A DNA stretch of 64,000 bases from NCBI GenBank assembly GCA_902541365.1, contig CACBQK010000001.1, positions 37,600 through 101,599 of the forward strand, written 5' to 3'. The DNA is from an uncultured SAR86 cluster bacterium (GTDB lineage: Bacteria > Pseudomonadota > Gammaproteobacteria > Magnimaribacterales > D2472). Shown piece after piece: positions 56,424 through 64,000 of this stretch (position 1 is its first letter; the number at the start of each line of letters is the position of its first letter). The position numbers and the translations under genes were made by a program. The notes under the pieces are model-generated. The model had not been told where the DNA came from, made no database searches, and saw only the letters and a program-made list of their open reading frames with translations.

Positions 56424-57191
56424 TTAAATAATACCTGGAATGACTGCCTTTCTCCCTTGAGGATAGTTCTCTATATTTTCATTACACCACTTATGATTGG
56501 AAACTCCTCTTGGTATAAGATTTGCAGATGTCCATATGAAGAAAGCCAATCCAGAAGGACTTAAACTTGCTATTGTCCACCCAAGCCACTCTAACATCTC
56601 TCCAAAGTAGTTTGGAGCAGATATTTTTTCATACAGGAATCCCCTTGGAATGTGATATCCAGGTCCTTTAGCTTTTCTCAAATTAATTAGCATATAGTCA
56701 GATCTGACATTTATATAGAATCCAGCTACAAAGATTATTATTCCTAAAATAAATGAAAAACTTGTAAGCCAACTGTTTTCATAATTTGCAATAAAAAGAA
56801 TCCAAGTACACTGAAAAAGGACATTAAAAATGTTAAAAACAAATGCTAAAAAAGCCACAAAAATAGGCATCTTTTTACCATCCATTTCAGCAATAAAAGG
56901 CCAAATTAAGGTCCTATGGAAATAATGAAAAATATAAATTAATACAAAAATTGACGATACTAGGCTTAGATTTTCCCTAAAAAATATACATAGGCCCCCT
57001 ATCAAGAATACAGATGGAGATTCCATAACTATCCAACCCCATCTCGCATCCATTGAAGGCCCCCAATTAGTATTAGCATGGCGGCCATATGGCGCAGTAA
57101 CGAAGAAAAGATAGCAGAAAGTAATGATTGCAACACCAATCCAAAGGCTTAAAAGTATATAAAAGTTACTAGTCAATATACCAAAAATCAT
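56424..57191 (-). CDS. 3-oxo-5-alpha-steroid 4-dehydrogenase (steroid 5-alpha-reductase/polyprenol reductase) family membrane protein
   Basis: Start at MIFGILTSNFY (ATG 57191, sharing one nt with the yidD stop, TAATG). The C-terminus GYHIPRGFLYEKISAPNYFGEMLEWLGW...YPQGRKAVIPGII parallels human SRD5A1 (GYKIPRGGLFEY..ANYFGEIMEWCGY...YPKFRKIIIPFLF). Confidence 0.85.
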   Translation of the reverse strand: MIFGILTSNFYILLSLWIGVAIITFCYLFFVTAPYGRHANTNWGPSMDARWGWIVMESPSVFLIGGLCIFFRENLSLVSSIFVLIYIFHYFHRTLIWPFIAEMDGKKMPIFVAFLAFVFNIFNVLFQCTWILFIANYENSWLTSFSFILGIIIFVAGFYINVRSDYMLINLRKAKGPGYHIPRGFLYEKISAPNYFGEMLEWLGWTIASLSPSGLAFFIWTSANLIPRGVSNHKWCNENIENYPQGRKAVIPGII

Positions 57192-57430
57192 TACAACTCC
57201 TCTGGTACCGGGTCGTACCCACACTCTCCACCAGGTCTGCACTTAAGGATTCTTCTAAATCCTAAGATGATTCCTGAGAGAGCACCAAATTTCTGAATAG
57301 CCTCAATAGTATAAGTGGAGCATGTTGGCTGGAACCTACAATTGCTGCCAAGCAATGGCGAAAAAAACTTTTGATAAATCTTGATTATTGCAATAAAAAA
57401 TTTGCCGATCATTTTATTTATTTGGGGCAA
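57191..57430 (-). CDS. yidD: Membrane protein insertion efficiency factor YidD
   Basis: 79 aa. IKIYQKFFSPLLGSNCRFQPTCSTYTIEAIQKFGALSGIILGFRRILKCRP is the family consensus. Confidence 0.92.
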   Translation of the reverse strand: MPQINKMIGKFFIAIIKIYQKFFSPLLGSNCRFQPTCSTYTIEAIQKFGALSGIILGFRRILKCRPGGECGYDPVPEEL

Positions 57431-59348
57431 GAGATTCTTGCACTACTGAAGTTGTAAAATCATCTAGGGCTAATGAAGATGTATCATCACTGCCAAGCCT
57501 TCTTATTGAAACAGTTCTCTCTGAAACCTCTTTTTTTCCAACAGCAATAATTATTGGTACTTTTGAGATACTATGCTCTCTAACTTTATAGCTAATTTTT
57601 TCATTTCTTAAATCTGAGTTACATCGAATATTTTTACTTCTTAGCATTTCAGATATTTCTTTTACATAATCATCAGCCTCATCTGTAATTGAACAAACAG
57701 TTACTTGAGTAGGAGCAAGCCATAAGGGAAGATTCCCACTATAGTTCTCAATTAAAATACCTATAAATCTCTCAAAAGACCCCAGAATCGCTCTATGAAA
57801 CATAACTGGATTATATTTATTCCCATCCTCTGCAACGTATTGAGCATCTAGGCGATCTGCTAGATTGAAATCTAACTGAAGAGTTCCACATTGCCACTTT
57901 CTTCCAATGGCATCTGTTAGAACAAAATCTAATTTTGGACCATAAAATGCACCATCTCCTTCATCTATCCTATATTCCAATCCAAGTTTTTCGATTGCAT
58001 TTTTTAGAGACAATTCAGCTTTGTCCCAAATCTCATCAGATCCAACTCTTTGTTCTGGGCGTGTTGATAGCTTAATTTCAAATTCATTGAACCCAAGGTC
58101 AGCATAGACCTTCGATAATAAATCTATAAAGATAGCTGTTTCTGACTCGATTTGATCTTCTGTAAGAAAAATATGCCCATCATCTTGTGTGAAACCCCTA
58201 ACTCTCATTAGGCCATGCATGGTTCCAGATGCTTCATATCGATGACATGAACCAAATTCACATAACCTAAATGGGAGTTCTTTATATGATCTTATCCCTT
58301 GGTTATAAACTTGGACATGTCCTGGACAATTCATAGGTTTCAATGCATTTACTCTTTTCTCATTAGCATGCTCTTCATCGATCTCAGTTATAAACATGTT
58401 TTCTCTATATTTATCCCAATGTCCTGATTTTTCCCAAAGCTTCCTATCTATGACTGAAGGAGTATTAATCTCTTTATAGTCAGCATTCTTTTGCATATCT
58501 GACATATAAGATTTTAAGGTTGAATAAATACTCCAGCCTTTTGGATGCCAGAAAACCATACCCGGAGCTTCGTCTTGAAAATGGAAAAGATCCATGTCTT
58601 TCCCAATCTTTCTGTGATCCCTTTTTTCAGCTTCTTCAATGGATTTTAGATGTTCTTGTAGCTCTTTTTCATTTCTCCATGCTGTACCATAAATTCTTGT
58701 AAGCATTTCATTTGAAGAATCTCCTTTCCAATAGGCTCCAGAGACTTTTGTAAGCTTAAATGCTCCAATAAAAGAAAGATTAGGTAAGTGTGGTCCCCTG
58801 CATAAATCAATAAAATCTTCATCAGTGTTAGTATAAATTTGAAAATTATCGGTCTGTTCTGCATCATCTATAATTTCTACCTTGAGAGTTTCTCCTTTAT
58901 CTTTGAACATTTTTTTTGCATCTTTTTTGGAGTGAAGTGATTTAACAATATTAGAATTTTTCTCTAATATTCTTTTCATTTCATTTTCTATTTTGGGAAG
59001 ATCCTCAACTGAAATTGGTGTTTTTGTAGAAACATCATAGTAGAATCCATTTTCAATTGTTGGCCCTATTGCCAATCTAGAGTCCGAATATAAATTCTTT
59101 ATTGCTTTTGCAAGAACTTGAGCAGTTAATGTATGTCTCATTATTTCTAAGCCCTCTTCGGATTGGATAGTAATGATTGAAACTGAACAGTTATTTGGAA
59201 GTTCATCTAGAAGATCTCTCTGCTCACCATTTACGTTTAATGCAACAGCACTTTTAGCAAGTCCTGCGCCTATTGACTTAGCAAGGTCTAAGCCATTTGA
59301 GCCATCATCAAGTTTTTTTGCTGAGCCATCTGGTAAATTAATTTCCAT
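57414..59348 (-). CDS. thrS: Threonyl-tRNA synthetase
   Basis: 644 aa with a TGS domain, an editing domain and class II core motifs (FRLCEFGSCHRYE, GFTQDDGHIF), plus a C-terminal anticodon-binding domain. Confidence 0.97.
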   Translation of the reverse strand: MEINLPDGSAKKLDDGSNGLDLAKSIGAGLAKSAVALNVNGEQRDLLDELPNNCSVSIITIQSEEGLEIMRHTLTAQVLAKAIKNLYSDSRLAIGPTIENGFYYDVSTKTPISVEDLPKIENEMKRILEKNSNIVKSLHSKKDAKKMFKDKGETLKVEIIDDAEQTDNFQIYTNTDEDFIDLCRGPHLPNLSFIGAFKLTKVSGAYWKGDSSNEMLTRIYGTAWRNEKELQEHLKSIEEAEKRDHRKIGKDMDLFHFQDEAPGMVFWHPKGWSIYSTLKSYMSDMQKNADYKEINTPSVIDRKLWEKSGHWDKYRENMFITEIDEEHANEKRVNALKPMNCPGHVQVYNQGIRSYKELPFRLCEFGSCHRYEASGTMHGLMRVRGFTQDDGHIFLTEDQIESETAIFIDLLSKVYADLGFNEFEIKLSTRPEQRVGSDEIWDKAELSLKNAIEKLGLEYRIDEGDGAFYGPKLDFVLTDAIGRKWQCGTLQLDFNLADRLDAQYVAEDGNKYNPVMFHRAILGSFERFIGILIENYSGNLPLWLAPTQVTVCSITDEADDYVKEISEMLRSKNIRCNSDLRNEKISYKVREHSISKVPIIIAVGKKEVSERTVSIRRLGSDDTSSLALDDFTTSVVQESLAPNK

Positions 59349-59383
59349 ACAAATATCTAATTTTTTACACTATTTTAATAATA

Positions 59384-60337
59384 TTATTCAATTAATCCAT
59401 CAATATCGTATTTTGAAAGAAAATTCCAAATTATTGTGGAAGCTTGAAGATCATGATTATTGATGTTGGGCCATTCATGTCCCATATTTGTCATTAGATA
59501 TAGTTCTACATTTGTCTGATTGTTGCAATTAAAATATACATCATGAATTCCCCCACCATTACTGCCTGAAATTTGAAAAGTATCAGGTTCAGACGAGCAA
59601 TTATTATGATTAACCCAATAATCCATAACTTCCTCAATAGGTTTACTCCATGCATTTCCGTAGTAACTGACAACTGAGTCCTCCATGCCGTGTATTTGTG
59701 CAACTGAGGTTGGATTAGATGGGTAGCATGAGCTAAATGTTTCAAATGTCATTGATCCTGTCACAGATGCTACTGCTGCAATTTTTGAGCTTAAATCACA
59801 TGCTAATTTATAACTCATATATCCACCATTAGACATACCTGTAGAGTAAATTTGCTTTTGATTAATAGAATATTCATCATCTAAAAATTCAATTAAAGAA
59901 TCAATAAATCCAACATCATCTGTTGAACTGCTTGTTGTCCAACCGCCTACATTCCAATGAGTCTGTCCCGTTGCAGGTAAAAGAGTACCTTGAGGATAAA
60001 CAACAATAAAACCATTATCGTCAGCAATAGACTGAAATCCGCTATAGTTCATTATCCACAAACCCCTGCTTGTATAACCATGCAAAACAAATAGAACAGG
60101 TGAATTAATATCGTAACCGCTTCCAATATATACAAAAAACTGTCTATCTATGTTGTCATGAACTATGGAACAATTAAATGTTGAGCCATTTCCAATATTT
60201 GATGAGTAAGCTGAACATGATTCATCAGAGCTATTTCCTAAATCAGGATCATCAGAAATATCAGGAGCATTTGATCCTCCACCACCTCCACATGCTGAAA
60301 TAACTAATAAAATTGCTAAAGTTTTAATTATTCTCAT
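59384..60337 (-). CDS. Lipoprotein esterase, PHB-depolymerase/feruloyl-esterase-like alpha/beta hydrolase (COG3509-type)
   Basis: 317 aa with lipobox plus Gly linker (VISACGGGGGS). Motifs are LFVLHGY, VVYPQGT, nucleophile elbow GMSNGG, and IHG..D. Confidence 0.75.
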   Translation of the reverse strand: MRIIKTLAILLVISACGGGGGSNAPDISDDPDLGNSSDESCSAYSSNIGNGSTFNCSIVHDNIDRQFFVYIGSGYDINSPVLFVLHGYTSRGLWIMNYSGFQSIADDNGFIVVYPQGTLLPATGQTHWNVGGWTTSSSTDDVGFIDSLIEFLDDEYSINQKQIYSTGMSNGGYMSYKLACDLSSKIAAVASVTGSMTFETFSSCYPSNPTSVAQIHGMEDSVVSYYGNAWSKPIEEVMDYWVNHNNCSSEPDTFQISGSNGGGIHDVYFNCNNQTNVELYLMTNMGHEWPNINNHDLQASTIIWNFLSKYDIDGLIE

Positions 60338-60343
60338 ATACTC

Positions 60344-61615
60344 TTAGTCTATCAGTCCGTTGGTATCATACAAAGATAAGAACTCCCATATAAATGTTGC
60401 TCCATCAATGTCAGCACTATCCCCTTTCTCAGGGTTAGATGTGGGCCAGCTATGATCAAAATTCTCTAAATATGTAAAATTTACACTTACTCCATTTTGG
60501 CAATTGGTTGAAATTTCTGAGTACCAAGAATATCCATCATTATTTAAATCCTCACCATCAACAATTATGTTCTCAGAACAAGAGTTAAATGAACTCCAAA
60601 AAGCACTTACAAGTTGAAGAGGTGTAATATAGTCATTGCCTTGAATTGGGATCGATGAATCATTTATTCCATGAATGTGAATTATTGATAATGGTCTTTG
60701 GGGGTTACATGATTCATAATCTTCTGGTGTTAAAGATCCTGAAACTGGAGCAACCGCTGCAACTTTATTACTTAAAAAACAAGCAGTTGTATAAGCCATA
60801 AAAGCGCCATTTGAAAAACCTGAAACATATACCCTATCAGAATCAATGGCTAATTCTTCTATTGAATAATCAATTAATTTTTCAATAAAAGATAGATCAC
60901 AAACCTCTATGTTGGAACAATCGCCACCAGCAAACCAACCTGTATCTCCTTTTCCAGGGGCTACTGTTCCTTGTGGGAATATCAAAACTAAGTTGTTCTG
61001 ATCATTTATTTCTGTAAACCCAGTATATTCCATATTTGCATCAGCATAGTCACCTCCTCCATGCAAACTAATAATTAGAGGATAAGTCTGATCAGTAGAA
61101 AATCCATCTGGAAAAACTACATAAAACTCTCTTTCCAATTCATCCCAATTTATAGTGCAATATGAAGTTGAATCTGATTGTTCAGTACACTCGGCTGAGG
61201 AATTATTACTTTCATCATCACTTACATCATTGGTAACATTAACAATAAAGTCATAAACACTAGAATATGAGCTACCATCGAATGCTCTTATTGAAATTTC
61301 ATAAGAATTATCCTGGTTCACATCAGATGGATTTTCATAATCTGGTGGAGATATAAATGTAACCTGGCCATCACTGCTTAAAGAAAAAATATCTTTATCT
61401 AAGCCTCCAAATATCTGAAAACTTATACTATCGCCTTCTGGATCGCTTGCTTGTATAGAAAAGGCATCTGATTGATTTTCAATTACGTTATAAGTGAAAA
61501 CATTATTTGTTATTGAGGGTGGATTATTTTGAGAAATTTCTATGGTTTCACTTCCTCCTCCTCCGCCGCAACTGAAGAGAAAAAAGATACTAATAATAAA
61601 ATAATTCTTCTTCAT
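60344..61615 (-). CDS. Lipoprotein with cadherin-like repeat + PHB-depolymerase-like esterase domain (paralog of 59384..60337)
   Basis: 423 aa with lipobox plus Gly linker (LFSCGGGGGS). A repeat of about 100 aa shows the cadherin-type pattern (ENQSDAFSIQASDPEGDSISFQI..G.D...F.L...G.V.F...PDYE). The esterase blocks follow: ISLHGGG, IFPQGT, GFSNGA, IHIHG..D. Confidence 0.75.
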   Translation of the reverse strand: MKKNYFIISIFFLFSCGGGGGSETIEISQNNPPSITNNVFTYNVIENQSDAFSIQASDPEGDSISFQIFGGLDKDIFSLSSDGQVTFISPPDYENPSDVNQDNSYEISIRAFDGSSYSSVYDFIVNVTNDVSDDESNNSSAECTEQSDSTSYCTINWDELEREFYVVFPDGFSTDQTYPLIISLHGGGDYADANMEYTGFTEINDQNNLVLIFPQGTVAPGKGDTGWFAGGDCSNIEVCDLSFIEKLIDYSIEELAIDSDRVYVSGFSNGAFMAYTTACFLSNKVAAVAPVSGSLTPEDYESCNPQRPLSIIHIHGINDSSIPIQGNDYITPLQLVSAFWSSFNSCSENIIVDGEDLNNDGYSWYSEISTNCQNGVSVNFTYLENFDHSWPTSNPEKGDSADIDGATFIWEFLSLYDTNGLID

Positions 61616-61616
61616 T

Positions 61617-63473
61617 CTATTTTATAGGAAGGTAAACAACTGTATTAGTTGAAAGTATCATTATGAAAACAAGACAGGTTACAAGAGGTCCAAAATAGAC
61701 TCTTCCAGTCATTCTAAAAAATATTCTATTGAAGTAAGGCAAAATAAACATCATAGGCACTATACCAAAAAGAAGATTTACACTTAACCAATCTGTAGAG
61801 TTTGAACTCCAGTAAACAGTCCCGGTCTTAAAATAAACTGAATATTGAATAATGATTATTAATATCAGTCCTAAAGAATTAGCAATTCCTCCAATCAGCA
61901 TTGATCTCCATTCAGGTTGCCCTTTAAATCTCATAGCTCCATTTATTCTTAAAGAATTTGAAAAGAAAAAAATTAAGAATAAGGGAAAATACATAGCAAG
62001 AACTAAAAGCATCTCTGGTTGAAATATTCTTACTCCCATAAACCAAAATCGATAGTCAACATGAAACAAGAAATAATTTAGAAAAAGGAATCCATAGAAG
62101 GTTGTGAATACTACCAAAGATAATAAGAATGTTTTTAGAAGATCTATTCTATTTATTCGCAAGCCCCACGATTTAGTATCAACACCATTCTTTCTACCAA
62201 AAAATCTGTATGATAAATAGAAAATAATTATTCCTAATGTTCCATTTAGGGCTGCCCATAGCATCACAGAATTATTCATCCTTTGAGGAAAAAACCATGT
62301 AAGCTCTCTTTTAGCTGCATCTTCAAAGAATACTTTTGCAACTTCAACCATTGGAATAAATGTAATGCATGCTATGAAAGCACTAAAGAAAAAAATACTC
62401 CAAAAAAGAACCTTTCCTTTAAAGTTTGGTGGATTTAAAGGAGTTGGTATATCTTTCTTGATAGATGCAAATAGATTTAGGTTTAAAAAGAATCTAGAAA
62501 TAGGTATCAGCATTGTGAGAGCTAAAATCATATTTATAAGTGTAAGAATTTCTTTCCAATGCCAAATTTGATTATTTGAGTTGATAGGATTTGGTGAGCC
62601 AAACACAACCTCGAAATAGTCAAGCTGATTCTTAGTTGCTTCAAAATTATATGGTTGGAAGGGGTGCAAGACTGGCTCATTAAAAATTACCCTTAAAGTA
62701 TTATTATTTTTTGAGCCATAGTATTTACCTAATTCTACTTTTGTTATCTGTCTATCCTGCGGAAGAACATTATTAACTGTTCGAATTGACTCTGGCGCAA
62801 TCTGCATATTTGCAGAATCCCATCCTTCCAACTCATTCCTAAATGCACCCTCGTCATATAAAGCATAGCTTACGCCCATATTTGATTGAGAATTTTTTAA
62901 TATGTTATCTCTCAGGGTAAGAACATATCCTGATACGTATACGGAATGAAGCTTACTCTTAGAATTATTTTGAATTGCTTGCTTCCCAAAATAATCAGCA
63001 CCTCTTATTGCAGCATTTCCTCCCATTGAGTGCCCTGTAGCTCCAACTTTGTTTAAATCAACAAAATCAAAGACTCCTGTATGAACATACTCAACAAGAG
63101 CAAACATTCCATATCCTTGAGTGGTTGCTGCTATTCTACTTAGTGAAGAAGATGAAAGACCTTGAGCATACGGATCTATGAGTGCTACAACATAGCCTCG
63201 CCTAGATAATTCAATTGCAATATTTGATAAAGCTTCTTTTGATCTTTGAAAGCCAGGAATAATTGCTATGAATGGTGCTTTTGATTCCGATGTGGCTGAT
63301 TTTGGTTTAAAAAGGTCATAAACAATAAATTGGCCCTTTTCAGTATCAAGCCTGTGACTTTTTACATCAACCGTTCCAAAGCTTGTAAGTATCAGTGAAG
63401 CGATAAAACTTAATGACAAAATTATCGAGGTTAGCCAAAGTAAATTCCTATTTGTTTTAAAAAAATTCATCAT
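61617..63473 (-). CDS. Fusion protein: N-terminal alpha/beta hydrolase domain + C-terminal polytopic (about 8-9 TM) membrane domain
   Basis: 618 aa with an N-terminal anchor and a hydrolase core with GHSMGG. From residue about 300 there are serial hydrophobic helices of unknown family. Confidence 0.65.
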   Translation of the reverse strand: MMNFFKTNRNLLWLTSIILSLSFIASLILTSFGTVDVKSHRLDTEKGQFIVYDLFKPKSATSESKAPFIAIIPGFQRSKEALSNIAIELSRRGYVVALIDPYAQGLSSSSLSRIAATTQGYGMFALVEYVHTGVFDFVDLNKVGATGHSMGGNAAIRGADYFGKQAIQNNSKSKLHSVYVSGYVLTLRDNILKNSQSNMGVSYALYDEGAFRNELEGWDSANMQIAPESIRTVNNVLPQDRQITKVELGKYYGSKNNNTLRVIFNEPVLHPFQPYNFEATKNQLDYFEVVFGSPNPINSNNQIWHWKEILTLINMILALTMLIPISRFFLNLNLFASIKKDIPTPLNPPNFKGKVLFWSIFFFSAFIACITFIPMVEVAKVFFEDAAKRELTWFFPQRMNNSVMLWAALNGTLGIIIFYLSYRFFGRKNGVDTKSWGLRINRIDLLKTFLLSLVVFTTFYGFLFLNYFLFHVDYRFWFMGVRIFQPEMLLVLAMYFPLFLIFFFSNSLRINGAMRFKGQPEWRSMLIGGIANSLGLILIIIIQYSVYFKTGTVYWSSNSTDWLSVNLLFGIVPMMFILPYFNRIFFRMTGRVYFGPLVTCLVFIMILSTNTVVYLPIK

Positions 63474-63566
63474 TAATATTTAAGTATCAATATTCTAAAG
63501 TATTTTATTCTTGAATTTATAATTTCTCGCTGATAGTCTTATTTTTTAAAATTTTTTGGAGAGCAT

Positions 63567-63932
63567 ATGGAATCTTTAATCATTTTGTCTTTAATACTGG
63601 CTATCTTTCAGCTTTGGTTAATACCAATGATTCTAAATATAAAAAACTTAAACTGGATGATTGGAAATAGAGAAAGCCCTATTCCAGAGACACCCTTGGT
63701 TGCAAGAGCAAAAAGAGCTGGATCAAATCTTCAAGAAAGTTTACCAGCTTTTCTGGCATTAGCTTTATTGTCAATGATCCTGAGTGTTGATACTACAAAT
63801 GCTGCTTGTTGGTGGTTAATTTTTAGAGTTGCACATGGCTTGCTCTACATTAGTGGCATAAAATATCTAAGAACCCTTGCATATTTTGGATCCATTGGTT
63901 CATTAGTTGCTATGGCCTGCGCACTAGTATAG
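63567..63932 (+). CDS. MAPEG-family membrane protein (microsomal GST-like)
   Basis: 121 aa with 3-4 TM and the motif RAKRAGSNLQESLPAFLAL (R-A-x-x-N-x-x-E-x-x-P-x-F). Confidence 0.65.
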   Translation: MESLIILSLILAIFQLWLIPMILNIKNLNWMIGNRESPIPETPLVARAKRAGSNLQESLPAFLALALLSMILSVDTTNAACWWLIFRVAHGLLYISGIKYLRTLAYFGSIGSLVAMACALV

Positions 63933-63943
63933 AAAATCATATT

Positions 63944-63973
63944 AAAAAGCCGACCTGTTTAGATCGGCTTTTT
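63944..63973 (+). terminator. Rho-independent terminator after the MAPEG gene
   Basis: AAAAAGCCGA-(10-nt loop)-TCGGCTTTTT. Confidence 0.65.
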
Positions 63974-64000
63974 AAATTTAGTCTTCGAAATCTTCTTGAA

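Noticed and set aside
57192-57242. N-terminal extension of the steroid-reductase-family ORF into yidD
   Set aside because: The internal ATG at 57191 forms a TAATG stop/start junction with yidD and begins the first TM helix.
63976-64000. Possible 3' end of a further minus-strand gene at the window edge
   Set aside because: Only about 25 nt are available, which cannot support a call.

Overview
This is a visibly AT-rich, very gene-dense 64-kb chromosomal segment. Most intergenic gaps are under 50 bp, and there are many 1-23 nt overlaps, including convergent 3' overlaps. I call about 75 CDS, 2 tRNA genes and 3 clear intrinsic terminators. I found no rRNA, CRISPR array, transposase, integrase or recognisable defence gene.

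Lineage: the markers hda, zipA, mnmC and ccmABCDEFGH(I), plus hda/purMN and smc-zipA-ligA synteny, indicate a streamlined gammaproteobacterium. The mix of a TonB receptor with lipid and xenobiotic enzymes suggests a marine oligotroph of the SAR86 type. That assignment is inference only.

Housekeeping blocks:
- hda, purMN, dcd, recR, dnaX, recX
- an Hsp20 gene and a DsbD-family gene
- mnmC, ligA, zipA, smc
- a complete System I cytochrome c maturation operon, including a ccmD missing from the ORF track
- metY, thrS, yidD

Interspersed is a strong theme of uptake and catabolism of hydrophobic or aliphatic compounds. It includes a TonB receptor-MFS-P450-ICMT operon, a DhlA-type haloalkane dehalogenase with a GST-like gene, an alkyl sulfatase, three acyl-CoA dehydrogenases (two of them paired), an SDR and a steroid-5-alpha-reductase homologue. 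It also includes a MAPEG protein and a tandem trio of lipoprotein or membrane-anchored alpha/beta hydrolases.

Observations most worth a second look:
1. A 728-aa SMC with canonical heads but no recognisable hinge and half-length arms, next to a linker-less ZipA.
2. A roughly 0.7-kb islet bounded by perfect 24-bp direct repeats of the tRNA-Leu(UAG) 3' end. It contains a 13-bp/7-nt hairpin that mimics the acceptor/T-arm minihelix of that tRNA, and it has no integrase.
3. An E. coli-type A AAA AAG slippery heptamer inside an A10 run of dnaX, with a -1-frame stop two codons later.
4. The orphan P450 operon with CYP153-like motifs.
5. The esterase trio.

I could not identify an unambiguous, self-contained novel system. 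These are candidates ranked by what the sequence shows. All homology statements come from motif recognition by eye, not from database searches.
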